This document shows, piece after piece, positions 11,850 through 23,684 of a stretch of 64,000 nt of DNA (position 1 is its first letter; every line of letters begins with the position of its first letter). Source of the DNA: Utricularia gibba (Eukaryota > Plantae > Magnoliophyta). The stretch is from assembly GCA_002189035.1 (NCBI GenBank), contig NEEC01000016.1:2046001-2110000 (forward strand), given 5' to 3'. The position numbers and the translations under genes are program-made. The notes beneath the pieces were generated by a model. That model saw only the letters and a list, made by a program, of their open reading frames with translations, was not told the origin of the DNA and ran no database searches.

Positions 11850-14800
11850 AAATCAATATAAAAATTTAATCCTCAAGTTTTAAAATTACATCATATGTTG
11901 CTCAACTTGTTTTTTATAAATAATTTACCCTTAAACTTATGAATTTATACATTTAATCTCTCATGTTATCAAAACTAATTGGTATGACCCTAATATCATT
12001 ATAACAATGCATTGTTGACCTCCCAAGTTTAACTATTACATAAATAACCCTTTAATTTTAATATTTACAAAATTCACCCGAAGTTTACATTTTTTTAATT
12101 CTTAAATTTTTTTTAAAAATATGAATAACATCTAGCATATTGTAAAATTTATAATGATAATAACTTAATGATGAAATCATAATATATGAGTACGAGAGTA
12201 ACTACGACATCATAAACTATTATTTACCTTCACTAATATGGAACAACCAACATACGCTATTAGCGCATGTACTAAATTTGATCTTGTTGCAAAATCTGAG
12301 AGAGCATAAAATGTATGTAATGTGACTAGTAAAGAGATGACATAACAAAAAAATACGTGCATGATAGTAAACTTAGTTCATCTAATACTAAACTTTCTTC
12401 AATCCAAAGTCATCCGCAAACTCTTACAATATTTTTCAGTGATACATTCTTGAGTCATCTATATTTTTAATTTCATAAATAAGTTTAATGTAGTGAGAAA
12501 TTAAATAAAAAGAAGAAAATATTTAATAACTTACGAAAGATGGGTAGAGGGTAATATCAAATAATTCTGAAGCGAGTTGCACAAATAATAACATGTAATA
12601 CAATGCATACTGGCTACATTTTATGCCTCCTTGTTGTAGTGCCACCTAGATGGTATAGAAAGAAATTAGAGACTTCAGTTGTAAATTTAATTTCATAATT
12701 AGTATAATGGTGTTTACTTACATTTGGCCAAATAATTGAGATCTTCAATAGATTGTTCTTATTAATGTTGGCTTGAATTTTTGCAACACCATGAGCAACA
12801 ACCTAAACCCGAGAAATAAAAAATGGGCATTAAAGCGGATCACTTTGATTCAACTTTAGTCTAATCGTCTAATTTCTTGATGTAAATCAGAACTAAAGGA
12901 TCATCTGAAAGAATCGAACACAATCATCCAATGTCATTCTGGATCTAGTATACTTCTAAGTATAAACAGTGACCAATGGTCTCTGCAAATGGTGAACAAA
13001 AGTTAAGTTCAATGGGAAATAAATAAACAAAAACCATTCATTATATGACACGTGTAGACACTCACGATGTAACAAATGGATAGAAACCCGTACTCCTGAT
13101 CATAGTCTTCATAATTTTGATATGACACAAACTTTTTGAACCTCACTGAGTCTGAATTACATGCATTGAAAAGCTCAGCTTCAATCCAATGAAAACATGC
13201 TCGATGTGCTAGAGGAGTACACTACATGATTTGCCTATTCCCATGGATCAGTTAGTAAACGAAAATTGAGTAGATGTTATAAAGAATGAGCTATCTTACC
13301 AACTGGCCTTCTCAGACTGTCTAGAATGAAGGTAACCATAATACCTTGATTGCTACCCCTACCTCAGCTATGAACTTTACAACATCATCTCAAACTACAA
13401 TGGGGGAAACAAAAAATGCATACCAAGCTCAGAAAAATAGAAATTTAACAATACCAACCTCAAACTAACGAAATTTAAGCATAATACTCCTAGATTTTTA
13501 ACAACACTAACCTCAAACTAACAAAAAAATTACATTGAACCAAACCAAAACAAGGAAGTGAATGAAGCATGCTCGAGGTAAACCAACCCCATGTATTGCA
13601 AGGAAAAAAATTTAACAACCTCATAGTGGCTCTATTTCATTATGGGTATTGGATGATAAGAAAGTCACTTCCACATATCCAATTTCAACAAGAATGAGGA
13701 TTAAAATCAAAGAGCATTAATAATGAACAAGAAAGTCACTTCCACTTATAAATTATCGGCATGTGCTTAAATTGGTTTCCACTTAAAAAAAATCATGTAC
13801 TCACAATGTCACCAAAATTGCTCTTAGATTGGCTTCCAACTAAATTTCATCTCCAAATCAACCTCGTCTTAACTCTGTAAAAATAGTAGCACTTCATCAA
13901 AAAGTATAACTTAAATAAAATATGCACAACAATAAAATCTTGAAGTGAAATTGATGGAGATAAAGTCATCATGCCACCTCTTTCTATTGCTTATGTAGCT
14001 TCGAATATGAGTATTATTTTCTACACAGCTCCATGGATAATTGCTTAAGATAACAATTGCTTCCAAAGGAAAAAAGTCAAAATGAGATATAATCATTGTA
14101 AAAATATGAGACAAAAAATATTGTTCCAACAAAATCCACAATGGCATAAATTAGCAAACAAGTCACCTGTAATGAAAAATTTTCCTTTAGTGAAAAAGGC
14201 AAAACATGCATCAAATGAAATAAAGGAAATTTGTTATTGGTATTCAACACAATGATTTAGTTTTCAATGGGAAGGGACTATAAGATTATAGTTGGCTCAA
14301 TAGCATGACCCGTGACCTCCTATTGGTGGTGGTTGGTGGCTGTTGGGTTGGTAATAGTAAAATAAATTTAGATTTCAAAATTTAGCAATAGTTTTACCAT
14401 TATGTAAATAATATGAATTGTGTTAAAATAGTCAAGATGAATACTGATCGATGAGGACCAATTTTGCAAGATCTCCAAAGTTTGGGGATTATAAGGCTTC
14501 TTAGATGGGTCGAATGAAGCCCATTCTGTATGCCCACAAGTAGGCCCATGTTGTGGTGCTGACCATGACAATGGCCACTGCCATAGGCAGTGATGTAAGG
14601 CCTGATGCAGGGTGCCATGGTGAGGCATGCGACATCGACAGGCGGGGGATGTGATGGGGTGCATCATGCTGCCGTCTTGGCACAATGGGCAGGCACCATG
14701 GCTTAACATATGATGGCCATGGTCATGGTGATGATAATGGGTTGATGGATGTGAAAATAGATATTTATATTTGGGATTCATTTTTTCAAAAACTAAAATA

Positions 14801-14971
14801 TTAGGAATTTATAATGTCAAATTGATTTAGGTACCAAAAATATCAAATATTGTAACAATGCATACTAACTGTGCCTAAATTGTAAATAGTAGAGATTGAT
14901 TATACCTATTATTTAAATATTAGAGATAAAAAATACCCATGATATATAACATTGAGAACTCATTTTTCCAG
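11850..14971 (-). mobile_element. Decayed MULE with Ulp1-protease-like remnants
   Basis: TIR-like AT-rich blocks at both ends (about 11850-12100 and 14790-14971). Minus strand gives QQGGIKCSQYALYYM (about 12590-12640; cf. Ulp1 QQ..G.DCG.Y...YM) and HWMIVFDS (about 12910-12935). Confidence 0.45.
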
Positions 14972-15106
14972 ACATATTTGTTGCAAATTCAAGTACTTCA
15001 CTTCACTCTAATCTTCTGATGGTGAGGGATATCTTCAGTATGTGTATCTTGTTGTGCATGATGGAAAAGAACACATGCAAACTAGTGATTGAGGTTTTCT
15101 AGGATG

Positions 15107-15822
15107 CTTCACACACCAAGTGCTTGATACTCGAATGATGGCCTTATGTTTCACAAACCCAAAATTTCACTTCATTCAATCAATCTCGCATGTTTTACAA
15201 GCAGAAAATCACTTTTGCATCAAGATGGGAGTTGATGTGTGTTGTTTCTACAATAAATTTAAAAAAATTTTAAAACTCATAAAAGCCAAAATGCATAGTA
15301 CAGATGTTGAACATGGGGATAGGGATATCATTTGGATATGAACACACCAAGAAAAGTCCATGATATTGCCTCAGAAATCCAAAATTTCACTTCATTCATT
15401 CAATATTGAATTGTTTGAACCTCAAAACTAACTTTCGCATCAAGATGGGAGTTCCAAATTGCAACGTCCCAAATGGCATGGCCACTTTGTGACACCGCTG
15501 AAGACTAATATAAAACCATCATTTGGGCTTCAAGCCTTCCTCAGATGAACGAGCTTCGAAACGGTATATTGTGTGCTGCATGGCTCAACATGGTTTGTAA
15601 GATATCACAATGATAGTGAACGCTGCACGAGGCCATCCTTTGGACTAGTGCCATCCTCTAGGTCTGAACACACTCGGAGAAGTGCAAGAGATTGCCTCAC
15701 AAATCAAAAATTTCACTTCATTGAATCAATCTCACATATTTTACAAGTCGAAAATCACTTTTTCATAATGTCGGCAGACCCGAATCGCAATGTTGCGAAC
15801 GGCATGACCACATTGTGACATC
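15107..15822. repeat. Three imperfect ~130-155 bp direct repeats
   Basis: Invariant core AAAATTTCACTTCATT at 15161, 15381 and 15707, with alignable flanks. Confidence 0.85.
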
Positions 15823-15829
15823 AATGAAG

Positions 15830-18800
15830 GCTCATATTGAACCAATTGACGGAGGAAAGAGATTTTATGTTACATTAATTGATGATGTATCTAGAATGAG
15901 CTGGATATATCTACTAGAGAGGAAGAGTGAAATTCTGTCATGCTTCAAAATATTGCATCCCTTGTTGGAAAGACAAATTGGTAAGAAGATCAAGAAGTTC
16001 AAGAGTGAAAACGATATTGCTTTGCAGAGTGGGAAGAGTTTTGTAAATCTACAGGTATAAGAAAAATAGCTAACACTCTAGAAACCCCTAAACATAACAG
16101 CATTGCAAAGAGGTTCAATCGAACATTGCTAGATAAAGTGAGAAGTATGTTAAACACACCAAACTTACCTAAAACCTTTTGTGGGAAAGGGGTGAAGGCT
16201 ATTATTACAACTTATTTCTTGTCAAAACGATCTTCAAAAATGACTTTGAATTATTTAACTCCACGAGAAGTATGGGCAGGGAAGAATCCAAACTTGAGAT
16301 TTTTAAGGATTTTTGGCTGCAACGTCTATGTTCATGTACCAAAAGATCAAAGAAAAAAACTTCATCACATGTCTATACCATGTGTATTTCTAGGATATGG
16401 AGAGTACCAAATGTGCTATCGAGTATGAGATCCTACTACCAATAAGACTTTAAGATCAAGAGATGTGAAGTTTGTTAAAGAGTTTTTATGGGGTGTAGTC
16501 CTCCAAAAAGGTAACGGAGGCGTGCAAAGGTTTCCAAACGTTCAAGACATCGATATACAACTAGCAAGAAGGGAGGTTAAGGTATTTCTCAAATATGTAC
16601 TTCCTAACTCTTATTTTGTGTAGGAATAGGATAATACCTCAGAAAGTAATGAGAATCAGGGGAGGGAAATTACTAATGGAGATAATCAAGGACTATGGAG
16701 GTCATCTAGAACTCGTTTTCCATCTACTAGATATCCAACAGATGAGTATATTCTAATTTCAGATGATGCAGTACCAAAAAACTTGAGAGAAGCTCTAATT
16801 ATGATAGATAAAGAAAAAATGGTTGAATGTTATGAACAATGAGATGAAATTTCTATTGATTGATGATACCTATGACCTAGTTCTACTACCTATTGGAAAG
16901 ACGGCTCTAGAAAGTAGATAGATTTTCACTCTCAAGAAAAATATTGATAGATTTACTCAATATGAGGCTAGGATTGTCGTTAAGGGTTTCAAACAACAAG
17001 GAGTGGATTTTGATGAAATCTTCTCACCAGTGGTAAACCTAGTAACTTTCATGTTAATCAAATAACAATATGAGGCTAGAAAGTAGATAGATTGTCCTAA
17101 TGACTACTTGTGTTTGCTCTTGTACATAGATGACAAGTTGGTGGCATCTTCAAATAAGCTGAGCAACGTCCAGCTTAAGAAGCAAATGGCCTGTGAGTTC
17201 AATATGAAAGATCTTGGATCTGCTCAAAGAATATTAGAGATTGATATGACTCGAGATAGGGTAAAGAAGACATTGACTCTCTCGCAAGAAAGGTATAATG
17301 AACATTTGTTAAATAAGTTTGGACTAAGTGAAGTAAAGGCAATAATACGACCCTTGCCATCACACCTTAAACTGTCAAAGGAAATGTCTCCCAAAACAGA
17401 ACAAAAGACACTTCATATGAAGAATCAGCCCTATGCTTCTATGGTTGGTTCAATCATGTATCTTATGGTGTGCACAAGGCTAGATATAGGATTTGCTTCT
17501 AGCATTGTTAGCAGATATATTTCGGACCCTCGAAAGCAACATCTAGAAGGTGTAAAGTGATTGTTTTGATACCTAAAAGAAACTAAGGACTACAATCTTA
17601 CTAACAAATCAGATTACATAATGCCTAGAATTTATGTTGATACAAACTTGAGGGAAGATATTGATACTAGAAGTGTTGGAATAAGGTATTAGAGAAGGGG
17701 TTGGCAATTTCACATTGCTAATTGAAAGTCATTTCAACTAGTTTATATGGGAAGCCAACCCAATATTTTTGATGGGGCTAAAAGTGAACTGGACCGTAGG
17801 GTTCTAATTTACTAGATCGGGTTGGGCTTGCGGAGAGCTTTGAAATCCAAAATGGATACGTGTAGGGGGCGAGGGATGCAAACCCACGTTTTGCTTCATT
17901 TTGTCTCGAGCCCATTAGGGTTTACAGTTCACGTATATATTCGACTGATTTCTGAGACTGAGAAGTAGTTCTCGAAGAGCCTCTTGAATCTTGTGGGATC
18001 ATGAAATCTTTTAGGACAGCATTTTATGTGCCTGAGTTTTTGATCTTTTCTTCTTCTTAGTGTTCGATTTACAACAATCTAAAGGATATCTCGATGGATC
18101 CGACCACTACCCCTTTGGGAAACCCTACTCCGATGCGGTGACCTGCGCACTGTTCACCAATGCCACACCAACCTCGATGGTCTTCCCTAATGTAGATCTA
18201 GTTACTGTGCCGCTGCCGTAGACAAATCATGTCCGAAATCCGCTTGTCTCTACCTGTCTGCCACAGGTTACCTCTGGTTTTCATGATTTGCTGAACCATT
18301 CGGTTATTGTTCGCTAGTTTCCTAGCATTGAAAAAATCGACCCCTTTGATAGAATGAACTTTCGGCACTAGAAAGATCGAATATTTGAGCTACTGGATAT
18401 GCACGGCATTGCCTGGGCTCTCGATGTCACCAAATAGGAAGCCATAGACTCTGAGAGCCTTGCTGTGGACTAGCATTGGGCAAACTAGGTATGATGTCAC
18501 ACCATAATTACCACCCTTGCTAATAGCCTCTTCGATGTGTATATAGTCTACAAAGATGCAGTCTCCATAGGGAAGTCGATGACTGCCAAGTACACTGCAG
18601 AGGAGGTTGTTACATCTTGATTTGCAGTCACAAATTTTCTGCAGTGGGAGATGTTTGATGATAAGGAGGTGGTTGTCCAAATCAGCAAATTTCATCGCCT
18701 CTTAGACAACATGGCTGCTCAGAAGATCAAACTACCTTGAGAGTTCATCATTGATTCACTTATCCACAAGTTGCCACAAGGATGAGATGATTACAAGGCA

Positions 18801-21800
18801 AAGATTCGCTAATCTGATTGCAAGATGACTCTGGATCACTTGATCAATCACAATGCCATTGAGGAGAGGCAGAGGAAAACTGAGAAGAAGCCTATCAATC
18901 ATGAGTACCAGGCAAATGTCCTCAAGAACAAACAAGGGAGGCACAAATCTTGCTCGAAACATTCTGATGATGATTCTCATATTGTTTTAGCTCCTACTAA
19001 TAATGGTATCAAAAAGAAAAAAGGGTCATTGTTTTGCCTATGGTAAGATAGGGCACTTGCAGTACAATGCAGGCACAAGAAGACTGGCAAACCTGTTAAT
19101 GAGCCTCCCAAAGCCAATGTTAACATGGCTCAAGGGGATGATAATGATGAGGTGATTGTCATCATGCTTGATTACTTGAACCTAATTGAGGCTAGTGGTG
19201 ACTGGATCATGGACTCATGAGCAAGCCACCATATTTGCTCAAGGAGTACTTCTCCTCCTATATTCCACTTGGGGGTGATAATTACGTGATCAAGTTTTCT
19301 GACAAGTCTATTACACGAGTTCCTGGAAAGGGATAAGTCACTCTGAAGTTTACTTCAAGGAAGACTATCCTTCTGAGAGATGTGGTTCATGCTCCTGCCA
19401 TAAAGACCAATGTCATCAAAGCTATCCCGATGGATAAGTGTGGCCTACATATCAACTTAGGCAATGGGGCTGTTGTGGTAATGAAGAACAATGTCTTTGT
19501 TGGGAAATGATATATCGGTAGTCAAGAGTTATATGTAATGAATGTTTTTGTTATTTCTGAGAATAAAGTTGATTCTGTATACATGATATGTTCTTTTGAT
19601 ATCTGGTATGCTAGACTAGGTCATGTGAACTATGCTACATGAAAACGATGCAGCAATTATATTTAATTCCTAAATTACTATGTTATCTGCTAAGTGTGAG
19701 ACTTGTGTAGAGGTGAAAATGATTAAAAAAGCATACTATTATGTGACTAGAGAATCTAAATTGCTTGCACTGATCCATTCGGATGTATGTGATTATAAGA
19801 TGTGTGTATCTAGAGGTGGCAATAAGTTTATGATTACTTTTATTGATGATTGCTTTATATATGCTTGTGTATATTTGCTGAAACATAAATCCGAAGCATT
19901 TGATAAATTTCTACTATTAAAAGTTGAGGCAGAAAACCAACTTGACAAGAAAATAAAAGATTTAGATCTGATAGAGAGGATAAGTGTGTATTATTCAAAA
20001 ACTTCTATGAGAAGCATGGAATAATACATGAGAAGACTTCCCCCTACTCCCTAGAGTCAAATGGAGTTGCTAAGAGGAAGGATTGGATATTGAAAGAAAT
20101 GATGAATTCAATGTTTATTACTTCTGGCACTCCATATAAAATGTGGGGGAAGCGATTCTCACAGCTTATCATGTTCAGAACTGAATCCTACATAAGAAAA
20201 AAGGCAAAACTCCATATGAGATATGGAAAGACTATACACCAAACCTTATGTATTTAAGAGTGTAGGGGTGTTTAGCAAAAGTGATGTTGCATGATCCTAA
20301 GAAAAGAAAGATTTGGTCAAAAAGATCTGATTGTCTGTTCATTAGATATGCACAGGGGAGTGCTGCATATCGATTCTTTGTGATCAAGAGTGATGTCCTT
20401 GGTCTACATACAATACTAGAAACAAAGAATGCAGAATTCTTTGAGCACATTTTTCCTCTAACAGGAAAACAACAAGATGGTGGTAATAAAACACCTACCA
20501 CTGAAACTACTGACACTAGTGAACCTTTGGAGGAAATGCCTCTTAGAAGAAGCAAAAGGCAAAGGACAAAGTCTAGCTTTAGTAATGACTTCTATATGTA
20601 TCTCACCAGTGGAGATTCTATGACCTACCACGATGCGATTACTTCTCTAGATGCTTCATTGTGGATGGAGCCCATTCAAAGTGAGATGGATTCGCTCCAT
20701 CAGAACAAGGTATGGGAAGTAGTGGACCTACCTCTAGGGCAAAGCCAATTGGGAGCAAGTGGATCTTTAAGAAAAATCTCCTTATAAATGGTAAAGTAGA
20801 CAAAGACAAGGCTCGCCTTGTAGCAAAGGGTTTCACTCAGAAATCGGGTGTTGACTACTTTGAGACATTTGCCCCAGTGGTTCACTTCTCTGCTATATGA
20901 GTACTCCTTGCAATGGTAGCTGTGTACAATTGGACAGTTCACCAAATGAATGTCAAAACAGCATTCTTGAATGGTGAATTGGAGGAAGAAATCTATATGT
21001 TTCAGCCTGAGGGTTGCATAAAAGCTGGAAATGAATACAAAGTGTGTTGACTAAAGAAGTCATTGTATGACTTGAAACAAGCACCTAAATAGTGGCATGA
21101 GAAATTTGATGAAGTCATGACATTATTAGGCTTCACATCAAATCTAGTTGAGAGATGTGTTTACTCTAAGACTTTTAATGATCAATGCATGATCATAATC
21201 CTCTATGTGGATGATATGTTGATCTTTGGGCCAAACCTTGACACTGTGTTAGAGGCCAAGAAATTCTTAGCCTCGAAATTTGAGATGAAGGATTTCTACT
21301 AACTCAAAGTCATTACACTAAGAAACTCTTAGAGAAGTTTCGTTTCCATGAGGTGAAACCAACTCGAACTCCATATGATCTTAGTATTAGCTTAAAAAAA
21401 AAAAAATAGAAATGACCTTGTGTCCTAAAGTGAATATGCTCAGATAATGGGAAGTGTGATGCGTCTAATGAATCATACCTGACCTGACATAGTTTATGCA
21501 GTGGGTAAACTGAGTAGATATGCACACAGCCCAAATGAAAGTCATTGGGCAGCTGTAAGGTGGTCATTGAGATACCTCAAAGGGACAGGTGACCATGGCA
21601 TTCAATATCATACAGAACCCACTGCATTGGAGGGATACAGTGATGTTAGCTGGGTATCTGGGATAGAAGAGTCAAAGGTCACAAGTGGAATGATTTTTAC
21701 ATTAGGCAGAGGAGCTGTGTCCTAGAAATCCATCAAACAAACCTTGATAGCTAGATCAACAATGGAAGTTGAGATCATTTCACTAGATCTAGTCGGAATT

Positions 21801-22550
21801 GAGGCTGAGTGGTTAAGAAACCATGTGACAAAATTCCCACTCAAGCAACACGGATCTTTCTCAGTGGTGCTACATTGTGACTGTCAAGCAGCAATTGCCA
21901 CTACCAAGAATCGATCCTATAACGGAAGAAATATACACATACAATTGAGGTATGAAACATTGTGTGTGGTCCAAGCCCACATTTTGCTTCGTTTTGTCTC
22001 TAGCCCATTAGAGTTTACGGTTCACGTATATATTCAACTGATTTCTGAGATTGAGAAGTAGTTTTCAAAGGGCCTCTTGAATCCTAGGGGTTCGTGAAAT
22101 CCTTTAGGACAACATTTTACGTGCTTGAGGTTTTTATCTTTTCTTCTTCTTAGTGTTCGATTTACAACAAGAAGATCAACTCTGGGTTTGGTTACAATAG
22201 TTGCTGGTGAAGTTGTAACTTGGAGCTCAAAAGTACAAAAGTTTATTGCATTATCTATAACATAGTCTGAATACATGGCATTGAGCAAAAATTCTACTTT
22301 CCATGTGAGGATGAATCACATCAATGTAAGATGGCATTGGATAAGGGAAGTGTTGCTCTTGTACTAGAACGTTATTTTATTGAAGTTTTCATACATGGTA
22401 AGGATTCACCCATGGTTTTTCTCATGAGGATTTCCACGTTAAAATTTCTTCATGTTCTTTACAATTTTAGCAGCCAAGATCCATAGCGTTTTTGCTATTT
22501 TACCGAATCTTCAAATTTTCTGAAGTGATCCTACAACTTTAGATTTCAAT
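15830..22550 (+). mobile_element. Tnt1/Tork-like copia element (integrase, RT, RNase H), interrupted at 17674-22169
   Basis: Integrase FYVTLIDDVSRMSWIYLL, RT LLLYIDD and YASMVGSIMYLMVCTR. RNase H reads DTR|RSTLG across the nested insertion and continues W.SKVQKFIALS..SEY and HINVRWHWIRE after 22175. Confidence 0.9.
17674..22169 (+). mobile_element. Nested copia element (lineage tentatively TAR-like) with complete 5' LTR and partial 3' LTR
   Basis: 5' LTR 17674-18076 (TGTTGG...ACAACA). The 3' LTR remnant at about 21973-22169 aligns to it. Perfect TSD AGAAG at 17669-17673 and 22170-22174. Gag, protease, integrase, RT (YVDD) and RNase H are present in order, with many stops. Confidence 0.93.
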
Positions 22551-22592
22551 GGAGGCTTGTGAAATATTAGAATCTGTCTGCCTTGAATTTAG

Positions 22593-23115
22593 GCACGGTT
22601 GGGGACAATGTCCGGTAGGGGCCACAATCGAAGGGGAGGAAGCTGAGCGACGAGGAGGTGAAAAATCTGCTAGCGCTTGCTGATCTGGACTCCTCGTTGT
22701 ACAACAGGCCCGTTTCAGAGCTACCAATCGTCCAGGCTCAGAGGGTGGCTCTTGCCAGAGCCTTAGCTAATGAACCAGAGGTAAACGAAGCCGGTGGATT
22801 GGAACCCCTCGCAATCAAGAATACTACTCACTGAATCCATGGCGATCTGATGGCTGCCACTGCTGATGTTGGATGAGCCCAACACCGCTGTGGACCCATT
22901 GTCCACACAAAACGTGAAAGATATTCTGGTGAAGTTTGAGAGTCAGCGAGGGTTGAAGGTGGTTCTGGTACCTCATAGCATTCAGCAAATTCAGAGAATT
23001 GCCGATGTGGCTTGCCTTGTTGTGCGAGGGAGAGATTGTTGAGATCCTCGAGCCGTAGAAGCTCTCACAAGCAAAGCATCCCATGAGGCAAACGTTTCTC
23101 AGCCTCGCCACCTAA
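22593..23115 (+). pseudogene. STAR1: STAR1/ABCI17-like ABC ATPase pseudogene (last two exons only)
   Basis: Exon 22593-22780 reads GTVGDNVR*GP..KLSDEEVKNLLALADLDSS..ELPIVQAQRVALARALANEPE. The next exon reads LDEPNTAVDPLSTQNVKD..HSIQQIQRIADVACLVV..EIVEILEP*..HPM. Two stops, a frameshift, a mutated signature motif, no AG at the intron acceptor, and no Walker A exon. Confidence 0.88.
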
Positions 23116-23249
23116 ACCATTCATTAACAAAGAAAGTATTCCTTCTCTGTGAACTGATTCGCCCAACACAAGAACAACAAAGAAAGCAGAGAAGAAGCGG
23201 CCCGTAGCTGCTTTCCTCGCGGGCTCTATGTGTGGTGTATCGTAGAGCA

Positions 23250-23510
23250 GGGCCAGGCCCAAAACAGTTGGAAGTGGGCCCACCACGGTATCAAATATAA
23301 TATAACGGCTATTAGTATTGTCTAATCATTTCTATCCTCCGTGGATAACGCAGGTGCCACGTGGAGGATCAGCCCACGGGCACGGGCACCCAGTTTTTAT
23401 TATTTTATTTTTATGTACTCTCAAACAAGGAATTAGCTTACCCGTGGCACGTGCGAGGGGCAAAGGATTTGCAAAGGTGTGCGTGCTCGCACGTGAGGAA
23501 TAAGATACCC
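23250..23510 (+). promoter_or_regulatory. Proximal promoter of the downstream gene: site II motifs and three G-boxes
   Basis: GGCCCA/TGGGCC motifs at about 23256-23282. CACGTG at 23358, 23448 and 23490. Confidence 0.55.
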
Positions 23511-23684
23511 CGCTCATCACACTCTTCAATAATCCGTCATCATCACTTGCAGTTTTTCACCTCAGAAAAGGTGAACAAAGAAGCGGAATAAAAATCAGAA
23601 TTTGACTCCTCCCCTTACGTCTTTCTTTGAATCCTTAATCACATATTTTGAAGCTGGAGGCTGCGGAGAGAAGTTGCGGTATTT

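Noticed and set aside
13658-13745. 17-bp direct repeat AAGAAAGTCACTTCCAC
   Set aside because: Only two copies, 71 bp apart, in decayed TE sequence. It is not CRISPR-like and shows nothing beyond a local duplication.
14368-14781. His-rich 137-aa ORF
   Set aside because: It arises from CAT/GAT-rich low-complexity sequence inside a decayed MULE-like region, with no recognisable domain or gene structure.
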